Positions 15,347 to 26,845 of a DNA stretch of 64,000 nt are shown here, piece after piece. A program made the translations under genes and the position numbers. This stretch comes from Eledone cirrhosa. Lineage: Eukaryota. Position 1 is the first letter of the stretch. Each line of letters begins with the position of its first letter. The stretch covers positions 128,092,001 to 128,156,000 of the forward strand of contig OZ024743.1 of assembly GCA_964016885.1 (NCBI GenBank), in the 5' to 3' direction. Under the pieces are notes generated by a model. The model did no database searches. It had not been told where the DNA came from and worked only from the letters and a program-made list of their open reading frames with translations.

Positions 15347-16553
15347 ATATTAATTCCAAATATTAACAAAATAGATATTCTTATGATCAATTATATTTTA
15401 TTATACATATTTCAGAGGTACTGAATTAAGTTCAACAGTACGTCCTCATCAGATAAAATAAAATGATACATGACATACCCTGACATGGTAGATGGTTAAG
15501 ATTTAATCAAGGTAGTGATTAACTTATGACAAAACTCAATATTTATACCCTAATATTGAGAACATGAGAAAACGTAATACAATCAATAGAGAGAGTGTGA
15601 GTAATATATTTTAAGAAATACATGGCATCAATATAACAGTTATAGAATTTTTAATATTTAAAAACTACTAGAGAAATAGTAGGGAGGGGAAAGCATAGAG
15701 GAAGAATAGCTTATTTAGTATTTAGCTTGAGAAGACAGATGAAAGATGAATTAAAGAGAGAGAGAGAGACAAAGGGGAGTAATTTATGCTCAAGTTTCTA
15801 CACACACAGAGATTCATATATAGCATAGTTGGCGGTTAATTTTCAAAACATTCAATTTATGTTATTTCAGGGTAAAGAATAAAATTTTAGGTTTTAAAAG
15901 TTATTAGGTATTTGTATTAATATTATAATATAATTGTTAAATTTCTAAAATTCAAATTTTATGAAGACAAATTTAAAGGATTTACGAAACCCACGAAAGA
16001 AAATATACATATAATGTTCGATATGCCCACGAAGGTAAACTTTACCACAATTACTTATAATATTGACAACAGTTTCTATAATATAATTTATAAGAGATTT
16101 ATAGTTATAACTATTAAATAAGTTATTGTTAAATAGTTTGAGTGCCTAAAGTATCAACAGATCTTATAATTAAACTTAAAATATAGCAAGATTATGGTTT
16201 ATTATTTGTTCATATATTGTATTAAGTAAATGATTATATAAGTTCTACCTTCCAGAGAAAACCAAACACTTATAATAATGTCATTTGAGTGTTTAAATTA
16301 TTTATAAATGTAACTACGATTGTTATTACACTAGATAAAGATATTTGTACAAACTATATATAGATATACTAGGTATTAATGAAACGGTATACATTTAATA
16401 AAGGATAATAATTATAATCATTGTTAGTAGTTTTACCTCCAGTTCAGTGGAGAAATAGACCAATATTAGTCAGCTATTATCGTTTGTTAAATACATAAAA
16501 AAACAAAGGTCAAATCCAACTATTTGAGTCCCCAAAAACCATCTCAAAATGAG

Positions 16554-16592
<39 letters not shown>

Positions 16593-17315
16593 GCAAACGC
16601 ATGAATGATCCACAGTTCAAATTATAATCAGTAAATTTACAAGTTAGATATCTAAACTATATATTTAAAACAGAGACAGAAAAATAAAGATCTGAATCAA
16701 AATTTAAAATATCCAAAAAACCAAAAAAATCCATATGGTATGCATATACATCAAGTAAACAAGTTATCAAACAAGTGTCATTCATTCAAACATTAATTCC
16801 ATTATAAATGATTAGAAGATAAAGCATTATTCAAGTTTTATAAACCGTTATGACTTATATGTTCAACAGTTGATGATAGACGTCGAAAATCAGACTTGAT
16901 TGCTTACTGTTTTTTTCCTGACTTTTTGCGAGGCTTGGAATGTAGACAAAGCTTTATGAAGGCAGTTTGAGAATAATTCACTTTTTTTATTAATTAAGTT
17001 TTCATAATTATTAATTATTAATAGGGTCTCCTTTGTACAGAGGCTGCAGTTAATTGATATTGTAGAGTTTATATAAACTCCACTATTACAAAGCTTCGCC
17101 CAAAAGATCGAGTATTTTAAACTTTTGTCCTTTAATGACCATATAAGCTGTGATAAAGAAGTCGAAGACTTCCTATTAGAATTCGAGAATGAGCATGTGA
17201 TTCGCAAATCTTGCTTTAAATGTTGAAGAAGTTGCTCCTATGTAGTTGTATGTGTTGTTATTTGTTTTTACGGTGCATTTATACACCAAATTTCTATCCA
17301 AACAATTGTTTTGGT
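15345..17315 (-). mobile_element. Hydra-type PLE 3' part (family B): GIY-YIG remnant, 1.4-kb AT-rich UTR, HHR and tail
   Basis: CLDRNLVYKCTVK..YIGATSSTFK; STSLSQLIWSLK..CSLCTKETLLII..LINKKSELFSNCLH in ORF 16890..17207. Confidence 0.85.
15394..15460 (-). ncRNA. Type I hammerhead ribozyme (family B)
   Basis: Reverse complement: TATTTTAT-CTGATGA-GGACGTACTG..CAGTACCTCT-GAAA-TATGTA-TA-ATAAAATA. Confidence 0.85.
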
Positions 17316-18006
17316 AATTTAAAACTCTACTTCAGAGATTTGATTCTGACTTAGTTTTTTCTATTTAATTGCTAACCTGTAGATATTGTTCTCCATACAG
17401 TAACGGTTAAACTCACTTGTAATAATTCTTTACACACACCTCACTGTGTAACACACTTCTCTTTGTGTAATATATTTGTATTTGAGCTCAGAAGAAAATT
17501 CTCTATTCTTCTTTGAGCTAATAATATTATTATTACTGTGAACTGCGGAATACTCTTAGTTCCGATCCTCGTATACTTAACGAGCTCCAAATTGTTGAGC
17601 TAATAAGTTCGAATATTTGGGCTGAACTCTCTAGCATTTTCCCCAATCCATGAGAGCCGTTATTTCATGCAAATAACACGTGATTTCGCCCTACTCTGGG
17701 CAGCGTGTATGTTAGCTTTCTCTCTATCCATGAGGTTAGATGTGTCGTGATCAGAATCCACATTTGCTGACTGAGGAACCTGTGGGCTGTTAAACTGCAT
17801 ATTTCTGTGGCGAAACGAACTAGATTCGTATCAGCAAACTTATAGTTATAAGGTTGGTAATTTAAAACTCTACTTCAGAGATTTGATTCTGACATAGTTT
17901 TTTTCTATTTAATTGCTAACCTGTAGATATTGTTCTCCACACAGTAACGGTTAAATTCACTTGTAATAATTTTTACACACATCTCACTGTGTAACACACT
18001 TCTCTT

Positions 18007-18008
<2 letters not shown>
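17312..18008 (+). mobile_element. Non-coding 543-bp unit in partial tandem (about 1.3 copies) with one HHR; retrozyme-like
   Basis: 17312-17466 repeated at 17855-18008; HHR just upstream of the second repeat; ends in (TA)n. Confidence 0.6.
17763..17838 (+). ncRNA. Type I hammerhead ribozyme
   Basis: TTTGCTGA-CTGAGGA-(decayed stem II)-GAAA-CGAACTAGATTCG-TA-TCAGCAAA; 8-bp stem I, 5-bp stem III. Confidence 0.8.
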
Positions 18009-18075
<67 letters not shown>

Positions 18076-18080
<5 letters not shown>

Positions 18081-19062
18081 AGAACTTATGTTTACCGAAT
18101 TCACGGACTAGACCCCTTCTTCCTCCCGTTAGACCTGTGCGAAATTCCTTCCTTGCTCACATTTCAACCAGGTTTGATGGTCTTTATTCTCTCTCGTTCA
18201 CGATTTCACCGAACTTATATTCATGGAAATTTGGGACTTGACTCGTTCTTCCTCACTTTTCGTTGCTTCACCACCTTTGTTTGTTTACACTCTCGCTGTT
18301 CCCTTTATTTACATGTCCCAACGACTTTCTTTAGCCGTTGCTCGCACCAACCGGAGGTATATGGTCTTTAAAGCGAAGAAATACTGATGATGGTTGGAAG
18401 ATCACTGATGAAGGACCACTTTATTCATATGTAACCCATTTGCAACTCCGCAGCACGTTTATTCTCATATTTACACATATTTTTTTCCCCCGCTGTGACC
18501 CGTCTATTTCGTTCTTACTGCTTCCTCTTTCTCTGTATCTTTACCCTCTCTAACAGTCACTCTCGTTCTCTGTTAGCCTCTTCCTCACCCTTCACTCACT
18601 CACTCTCTGTTACTACCTCTCCTCCTCCTCCTTCTTCCCGTTTGACCTGTGCGTAATTCTTTTCTTTCGCACGCTTAGCCAGGCCGGTCGGCATTTTTTC
18701 TCTCTCTCGTCTACGATTTCACAGAACTTATGTTTACCGAATTCACGGACTAGACCTCTTCTTCCTCCCGTTAGACCTGTGCGAAATTCCTTCTTTGCTC
18801 ACATTTCAACCAGGTTTGATGGTCTTTATTCTCTCTCGTTCACGATTTCACCGAACTTATATTCATGGAAATTTGGGACTTGACTCGTTCTTCCTCATTT
18901 TTCGTTGCTTCACCATCTTTGTTTGTTTACACTCTCGCTGTTCCCTTTATTTACATGTCCCAACGACTTTCTTTAGCCGTTGCTCGCACCAACCGGAGGT
19001 ATATGGTCTTTAAAGCGAAGAAATACCGATGATGGTTGGAAGATCACTGAAGGACCACTTTA

Positions 19063-19066
<4 letters not shown>
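18076..19066. repeat. Partial tandem duplication, about 644-bp unit, between (TA)n tracts
   Basis: 18076-18428 repeated at 18719-19066; full unit starts TGTAAC and ends TTCA (LTR-like or pLTR-like); same end at 6699-6733. Confidence 0.7.
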
Positions 19067-19127
<61 letters not shown>

Positions 19128-19326
19128 TATTTTCCGTTGTGTTGTAATATAAATATTACACACAGTAGATTATCAGCTCACGTAGAGTTTGCTCGACGGT
19201 TCCAGTTGTAGTTCCAAAAGTAATCCGGAGAAAAATAGAAAGATTTGAATGGATACAGTTTAGTTGAAAGGAATTTATATATATGTGTGTGTGTATGTGC
19301 GTATGTGTGTATGTATACATATATGT

Positions 19327-19357
<31 letters not shown>

Positions 19358-19464
19358 AGAAAATATATAGCTTTCACCGTATTTTTTACTAAAGGAATTT
19401 TAGCCTGATAATGGGCTTTAGAACCCTCAGATAATGTTTTGAAACAGTGAACAGATTTGAAATT

Positions 19465-19751
19465 AGAAAATATATATATATATGTATGTATGTGTATGTG
19501 TGTATGTGTGTATATGTGTATATGTATGTGTATGTGTATATATATATATATTTATATATATGTATATATGTATATATATATATATATATGTATGTGTATG
19601 TATGTATATATATATGTGTGTGTATATGTATATATATGTGTATATATGTATATGTGTGTGTGTATATATATATATATACATATATATATATGTATAAATA
19701 TGTATATAAATATATATATATGAGTGTGTATGTACGTGTGCATATGTGTAT

Positions 19752-19790
<39 letters not shown>

Positions 19791-19903
19791 TGAAAGGTAT
19801 AGAAAACATTGTAGCAAAAGCCAACAGTATTCCATAATATATATATATATATATATGTGTGTGTATATATGTGTGTATGTGTTTGTATATATGTATGTGT
19901 TTG

Positions 19904-19934
<31 letters not shown>

Positions 19935-20603
19935 TTATATATGTGTGTTTGTGTGTGTACATGTATGTATATGTGTATGTATGTGTACTTTTATGTGTAT
20001 ATATGTATGTGTATATATATATGTGTATATGTATGTATGTGTATGTATATGTATGTATGTGTGTGTATATGTATACGTGTGTATATATATGTGTGTATAT
20101 GTAATAATATATATATATATATATGTGTGTGTGTATGTATATGTATATGTATATATATATATGTATATATATGTTTATATATATATATGTGTGTGTATAT
20201 GTATATGTACGTATATGTGTTTGTATATGTATATATATATGTGTGTGTGTGTGTTAATATGTATATATATATGTGTGTGTATGTGTATATATATGTATGT
20301 ATGTATGTGGGTGTGTATATATATGTATGTATGTGGGTGTGTATATATTATATATATATGTATATTTATGTGTATGTATATATATATATATATATATATA
20401 TGCAGTATATATGTATGTATATGTATATATATATGTATGTATATGTGTATATATATATATGTTTATATATGTATATGTGTGTACATACGTACACACATAT
20501 TTGTATATGTATATGTGTATGTATATGAATGTGTATATGTGTGTCTATTTGTATATATGTTTGTATGTAAATATATATATCTATATATATATATATATAT
20601 ATA
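19465..20603. repeat. Compound (TA)/(TG) low-complexity tract
   Basis: Direct reading. Confidence 0.95.
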
Positions 20604-21010
20604 TTGGTAAACGGAAAAGAAAATGCTGACAAATTGTTCACAGTGAAAAATAGTTTAATTAGGAATAAGTGAAAATTAGTAATAGTATTGGTTAGTATTC
20701 AGTTTTGGTTCTAAGTTTTACCGGCTGCGCATTTCTAATGCTTTTCAAAAATAATTTTGAGATGGAGCGTCCGTGGTGTTTGCTCTAATCTGGTTAGTTT
20801 GGGAAATTCTACCTGTTTTTATGTGAAAAAAGTGGTTCCAGAGGTATTAAAATAAGTTTCGCGCCAATTCGTGTTGCAAAAATTCTTGTGGTCAAAACAA
20901 TTTTGATTGGTCGGTAGAGGTCATGTGAATGTTAAAAATTGATTTTGCGCCAAATGTAGGTTTGTATCGGCTGATTGAGAAGTCACTGAAAAATAAGTCT
21001 TTCAAAACAA

Positions 21011-21044
<34 letters not shown>

Positions 21045-21275
21045 TAGTAGTAAAGAGGTTCGTTGTTGTGATAATGGTCAGCAGGGATGTGTGTGCGAAC
21101 CGCAGCCTGTTGACAGTTCAAATGCCTATTAAGACAAGTGTGTGTGTGTGTGTGTGTAAGTAAGTGACATACTCACTACTTTAAAACTCATAGCAAATGG
21201 TCTTCAAAATGTTTTAAAATAAACATTTAGTATATTATCAAATATACTATCGCTATTTCAGAGCACTGATAGTAA

Positions 21276-21333
<58 letters not shown>

Positions 21334-21622
21334 AACGTATGTCCATAGAATCATTTGATAAGATATATACACCATCTCCTCTCCCAATCAGCATAATCAA
21401 CCACACAAAAAAACAATTAAACCAGGCTATAAGATTAAAAGGCACCTATGAAGAAATAATAGATAAATAAACGGCAGCCATCTATTCGCGATCAACAGCT
21501 ATAGAATATTTACCCAGCACTTCAATAGCACGTGGAAATCGATTAAATATATCGTCAACCATACACAATTAGGTATAAAATTAAAGTTAGAAGAAAAAAT
21601 GTATATAAACATACCAAGATTA

Positions 21623-21702
21623 TGTTTCTACCCCTTGGGGCTTCATTCGCTTTTGGAAATATCTGATCAAGGATAAATTCACGAGCTTCGAAATCATCAG
21701 GA

Positions 21703-21706
<4 letters not shown>
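21623..21706 (-). ncRNA. Type I hammerhead ribozyme, A15.1G variant
   Basis: Reverse complement: TGTTTC-CTGATGA-TTTCG..CGAAT-GAAG-CCCCAAGGGG-TA-GAAACA. Confidence 0.7.
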
Positions 21707-21759
<53 letters not shown>

Positions 21760-21775
<16 letters not shown>

Positions 21776-24700
21776 CTGAGGATGTGTGTGTTAAGGTTTG
21801 TAAGGAATTCACGTCCACAATTTCCACGGATTCTATTCAAAGTCGGGACAATTATTGCTTTTGGTCAGAAAAGGTCATGAAGCAAATAAATTTCAAATCC
21901 ATTAACAATAAGGGCAAAAATCGATCATGATCATTCCCCTCTCTATAATTTAACTTCTTTACTCTCTCTCTGTCGCTCTTCACTCCCTATATGACAACAC
22001 TGCAGAGAGAGAAACAATGTGTATGATCAAATGGAGCGTTCTGTATATTCCCTCTGTCTATAATTTAACTGCTTTACTCTCTCTGTCGCTCTTCACTCCC
22101 TATATGACAACACTGCAGTGGAGAGTTCCGTATTGACATACGGCTTATCTGGGGCATTTTCAATCGGCTTATTGCAAATAACAACCCGCAAAATAACACT
22201 TCATATAACAGATTAATGCTATAGACACATGAATCGGAATGTAACCCGTGAACTTTTTCCTGGGCAAAATTATTCGAACAGACATGACCTCATTGCCAGA
22301 ATGTTCAGACTGAAACTGGCTAAACTCATGGCTTTAATCAAGAAGGGTCAGGTATTTGGGGGTGTAAAATGTGACATATTCACCGTCGAATGGCAAAAAC
22401 GAGGGCTGCCACATGCTCACATTTTGATTTGGTTAGCTGATAAAATCAATTCAAATTCCATAGACAGCTTCATTTCGGCTGAAATTCCTAACCCAGCAAT
22501 TGACCAGGAATTACATGACATCGTCAAAGCTAACATGGTCCGTGTGCGTCGGGTCCTAATGAGCATCACACGTGTATGAAAGGGGGTCGTGCAGTAAGGG
22601 ATACCCAAAAAAATTTGTTGACCAGACTCATACTGGTGGCAACGGGTACAGGCGGAGACGGCCCGAGAACGGTGGCTTCACCACAACAGTAAAGGGAGGT
22701 CAAGTCGACAATATATGGGTGGTCCCTTACTGTCCGCTTCTCTTGAAGATGTTCAACGCCCACATCAACGTTGAGTTTTGGAACTCCATCAAGTCGATAA
22801 AATACATATGCAAATATGTAAATAAGGGCTCTGATGCCGCAATGTTCGAATTTCAAGCTGAAAATAGCAGGGACGAGGTCATAGAATACCTGGCGGGTCG
22901 GTACATCAGTAGAAATGAAGCTTTTTGCGCCTATTTGGTTTACCCCTACACCAACGGCACCCCGCCATCGTACAGCTTGCGGTACATTTGGAAAATGGGC
23001 AAATGGTTTACTTTACGGACCAAACCGCCGCCAAGTTGGCCGCCGATCCGAAAGAGACCACTCTGACGGGTTTCTTCAAACTTTGCCAGTTTGATATATT
23101 TGCGCAAACAATTGTGTACCCCCAGGTTCCATCCTACTTTATATGGTCAAAAAACACTTGGGTGTGAAGAAAGTCAGGTCAGGATGTTGAAAGACATCCT
23201 GGTGTAAAATTTGACAGCTGTCTTGGAAGGGTTTACACTGTGCCCCAAGTCAGCATGAGTGCTTCCATCTCCGCCATCTTCTGCATGAAGTTGTAGGCCC
23301 ACAAAGTTTTCGGGCCCTCAAAACTGTTGATGGAGAAATATGTGATACGTACCGGGAAGCCTGCTTTAATCGTGGTCTTTTGGAAGATGATTCGCAATGG
23401 TATTCCGCTTTAGCAGAGGGTGCTTTGTTGAAATCACCTAAAGGTCTACGGGAACTCTTTGCCATTTAGCTTCAAAAGTGTGAATTGAGTGATCCCAAAT
23501 ATTTATGGGTCAAGTACAGAGACTTCATGTCTGAGGACTTCCTACAGTAGCCTCTAGTGGAAGTTGGTTACAGCGACATTATCTACAACAGGTCACTTAT
23601 TGATATCGAGGACGCCCTCCTCGACATGGGTGGGAGTGAGTTGGCGACGTATGGCTTGCCGTCAACCGTCAGAGAGAAAGGTAACACGTTGGCCCCGGAT
23701 TTGTTGCGGGAAACAGCATATGACATCGAATCTCTTTCCCAATACTTAGAGGAAAATGAGCCCAAACTTCTGTCGGACCAAAGGTTGGCCTATTTAACTA
23801 TCATTGACGCGGTTCAAAATCAAACTGGGGGTATTTAATTTCTCGATGCTCCTGGGGGTACCGGAAAAACTTTTGTAACGAAATTGATTCTCGCTAAGAT
23901 TCGTCAGGAGAAAATTTGCGTTGGCCGTTGCATCGTCCGGGATCGCTGCTACTTTGCTGCCGAGAGGCAGGACAGCACTTTAAACTCCCCTTGGATTTAG
24001 TAAAAACTGAGACACCAACATGCAATATCAGCACGAGTTCACACAAAGCCCTGGTTCTCAAAAAATGTTGCCTTATTGTTTGGGATGAGTGCACAAGGGT
24101 GCTCTTGAGGCATTGGACAGGACCCTGAAAGACATTAGGGATTCTACGGCTCTTATGGGTGGCGTAACCCTTCTGCTATCAAGGGATTTTCGGCAAACGC
24201 TGCCTGTCATCTCCAAAGGGACAAGAGCTGATGAAGTGCGTGCCTGCCTTAAGACGTCCATGTTGTGGCTCCAGGTGAAGAGTTTGTACCTGAGCATAAA
24301 TATGCGTGTTCATTTGCATGGTGACAACATGTCTGCAGCATTTACTCAGAACATTTTAGCACTTGGTGAGGGCAAGGTCCCTGCGGATGACAAGGGCGGC
24401 ATAGCAATCGACTCCCTGTACAACATTGTGAGCAGCCCTTCTGACCTTTGGGAAGCAGTTTTTCCTAATGTCTCATCTAACTTTAAAAACCTCGATTGGC
24501 TCAGCGAAAGAGCCATCCTTGCTCCGAAAAATATAATGGTTAATTGTATTAACGAGCAGCTGATTGAGATTCCCGGTAAAGAGCACATCTTCAAATCTAT
24601 CGACCGGTCGTCAGATCCCGACGATATCGTTAATTATCCGGTTGAGTTATTAAATTCCCTTAAGACCCCAGGGCTCCCACCTCACATTCTTAAGCTTAGG

Positions 24701-25430
24701 GTTAGCTGTCCCATTATGCTAATAAGGAACTTGCGTCCACCAAAGCACTGCAACGGTACTCGCATGGTCGTCAAGTCACTGACGGCTCACTTGATTGAGG
24801 CCACCATTGTAACGGGGTGCGGGAGAAGGGAGAATGTTTTCATTCCAAGGATGAACCTTTTCCCCTCGGCGTCAGATATCCTGTTCGATTTCCGGCGATC
24901 CCAATCCCGGTGAGACCATGTTTTGCCATGTCCATTAACAAGTCACAAGGGCAAACATTGTCGGTGGCGGGCATCCATTTGGGGGAGCCATGCTTCTCCC
25001 ATGGCCAACTTTATGTTGCCTGTTCCCGCGTAGGGAGCAGGAATGGATTTTTGCTTACACTCCTCAAGGGATGACACGCAATATCGTCTACAAAGAGGTG
25101 CTATAGATGTTGGTGCAGGTGTTGGGGGTGTTGGAGCTATGCCGCCTAGAAAACTATTTCCTGTGTAGGGTCACCCATGGCGGACAGATCTAACACCCAG
25201 CGGCATCAGGGCCACCATCTTGCAACTTTGGTCTACTAAATTCGCTATTGGAAGATTATTAACCCATCATTGATTGTCAAAAATGCTAATTGGTTCGTAA
25301 CTTTTAATAACCGGTTCAACTGCTTTATGCACTTAATTGATAAGCTTATTCGCTTTCAAGCCACGTTTACCGGTATGTAACTTTTCATAGCAAATGAACA
25401 AACCCGAGCAACGCCGGGCTAAACTGCTAG
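21760..25430 (+). mobile_element. Helitron, decayed autonomous type
   Basis: 3' hairpin CCCGAGCAACGCCGGG then CTAG|T at 25427-25430; 5' end merges with (TA)n; encodes a Rep/Hel pseudogene. Confidence 0.92.
22229..25106 (+). pseudogene. Helitron Rep (HUH)/Pif1-like helicase, frameshifted, N-terminus missing
   Basis: VEWQKRGLPHAHIL, KYICKYVNKG, LDAPGGTGKTF, IVWDEC, DFRQTLPV, FAMSINKSQGQT, HGQLYVACSRV across several frames. Confidence 0.93.
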
Positions 25431-25545
<115 letters not shown>

Positions 25546-26612
25546 CGAATAGGCTGCATTCTTAGTGTGGTAGTTTTGATGAAAAGAATAATACCATGAT
25601 TGATTTGTTAATAATATTTATTTTATAATAACAATATTCAACTTGAACACTGAGTAATAAAATTTATGACATGAACCGTCGCTACATTAAATTGGTAGCC
25701 CTACGAGCTACGTGAATGCATTTATCAGAGAATACGATATAGTATATAAGTTGTGTTGTGTCTTGCAGATACAATGTTACAGGAAGAATATGATGAGAGT
25801 ATAATATAAACAATATGAACTTACTATGTGTGTGTACCTATTCTTAGTATACGTTATTGTCTTAGTAGTAGTGGTCAATCTGTCAGGCAGGCATGGCTGG
25901 TTGGCTGTCTGGCCGAGAAGGTAAGCCAGCAAGGGCCAGGAGAAAGATAGAGTGAAAGGTCTCGTTGACTGCCGCTTCGTGTCTGACCTTTTGGTTCCTT
26001 TAACTCCCTGTATTTATAATAAGTGCTAAGGTTAGAAGGATGGATATATGAGGTTGATTTATGGTCAGCTCTGTGGTTATCGTCTCCCAAGAGGCTGAGG
26101 TCACAGGTCAAATGGAATGTACATTTATCATCTTTGTCTTGACAGGTCAATGGTGAGAACTTCCAACGATAGATTGTCCCAGAGGCGAGAAAGCTCAGAT
26201 TCGGTGGCGAATCTTCGCCGGTAAAATATAGGAGTATTCCGTTATAGTACCCCCCCCCCCCCCTTCTAGTGGGAAAGCTAAGGATCGAACGATCAAGGTG
26301 TGTGTGAGGCTAAGATAGGTATGTCTTGGTGTGCGGGGTCGCTCTCGATATATAATTCGTATGATACTTTCCCAGTGAGTCGGGAAGTTGTTGGCGAGTC
26401 CGTCTTTTCACCCTCTAAAATAAATGTTTCCTCCCTTTTCTCCCCTCCCCTCTTTAATGTCTTCCCACCACTCCCCCTCACACCCTGGGAACTCTTTTCC
26501 TGTCCACTTTTCTCCAGATGAAGGGCCTATGCCCAAAACGTCCCCCCCCCCCCACTCTCATTTTGTACTGCCTCTTCGCTTCCATGTTGTTGTTTTTTTG
26601 TTTACTGTTTCA

Positions 26613-26651
<39 letters not shown>

Positions 26652-26792
26652 GCTGTTAAACAATATTGGATGATTATATCAAAGAATGAGTTTTACAGTA
26701 GATTGGAAGCACTCAACGGGAAACTAATTTTCAGGAGTTATTAATATTAAAATATAAGTATTAATAAAATAGATGTTCTTTTGATCAATTAC

Positions 26793-26845
26793 ATTTTATT
26801 ATACATATTTCGGATGTACAACAGTACGTCCTCATCAGACAAAAT
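26793..26845 (-). ncRNA. Type I hammerhead ribozyme (family B, left arm)
   Basis: Reverse complement: ATTTTGT-CTGATGA-GGACGTAC-TGTT-GTACATCC-GAAA-TATGTA-TA-ATAAAAT. Confidence 0.85.

Noticed and set aside
19389-20641. Long YIYI/VCVC ORFs here and at 5153, 13344 and 42360
   Set aside because: Stop-free translations of dinucleotide repeats
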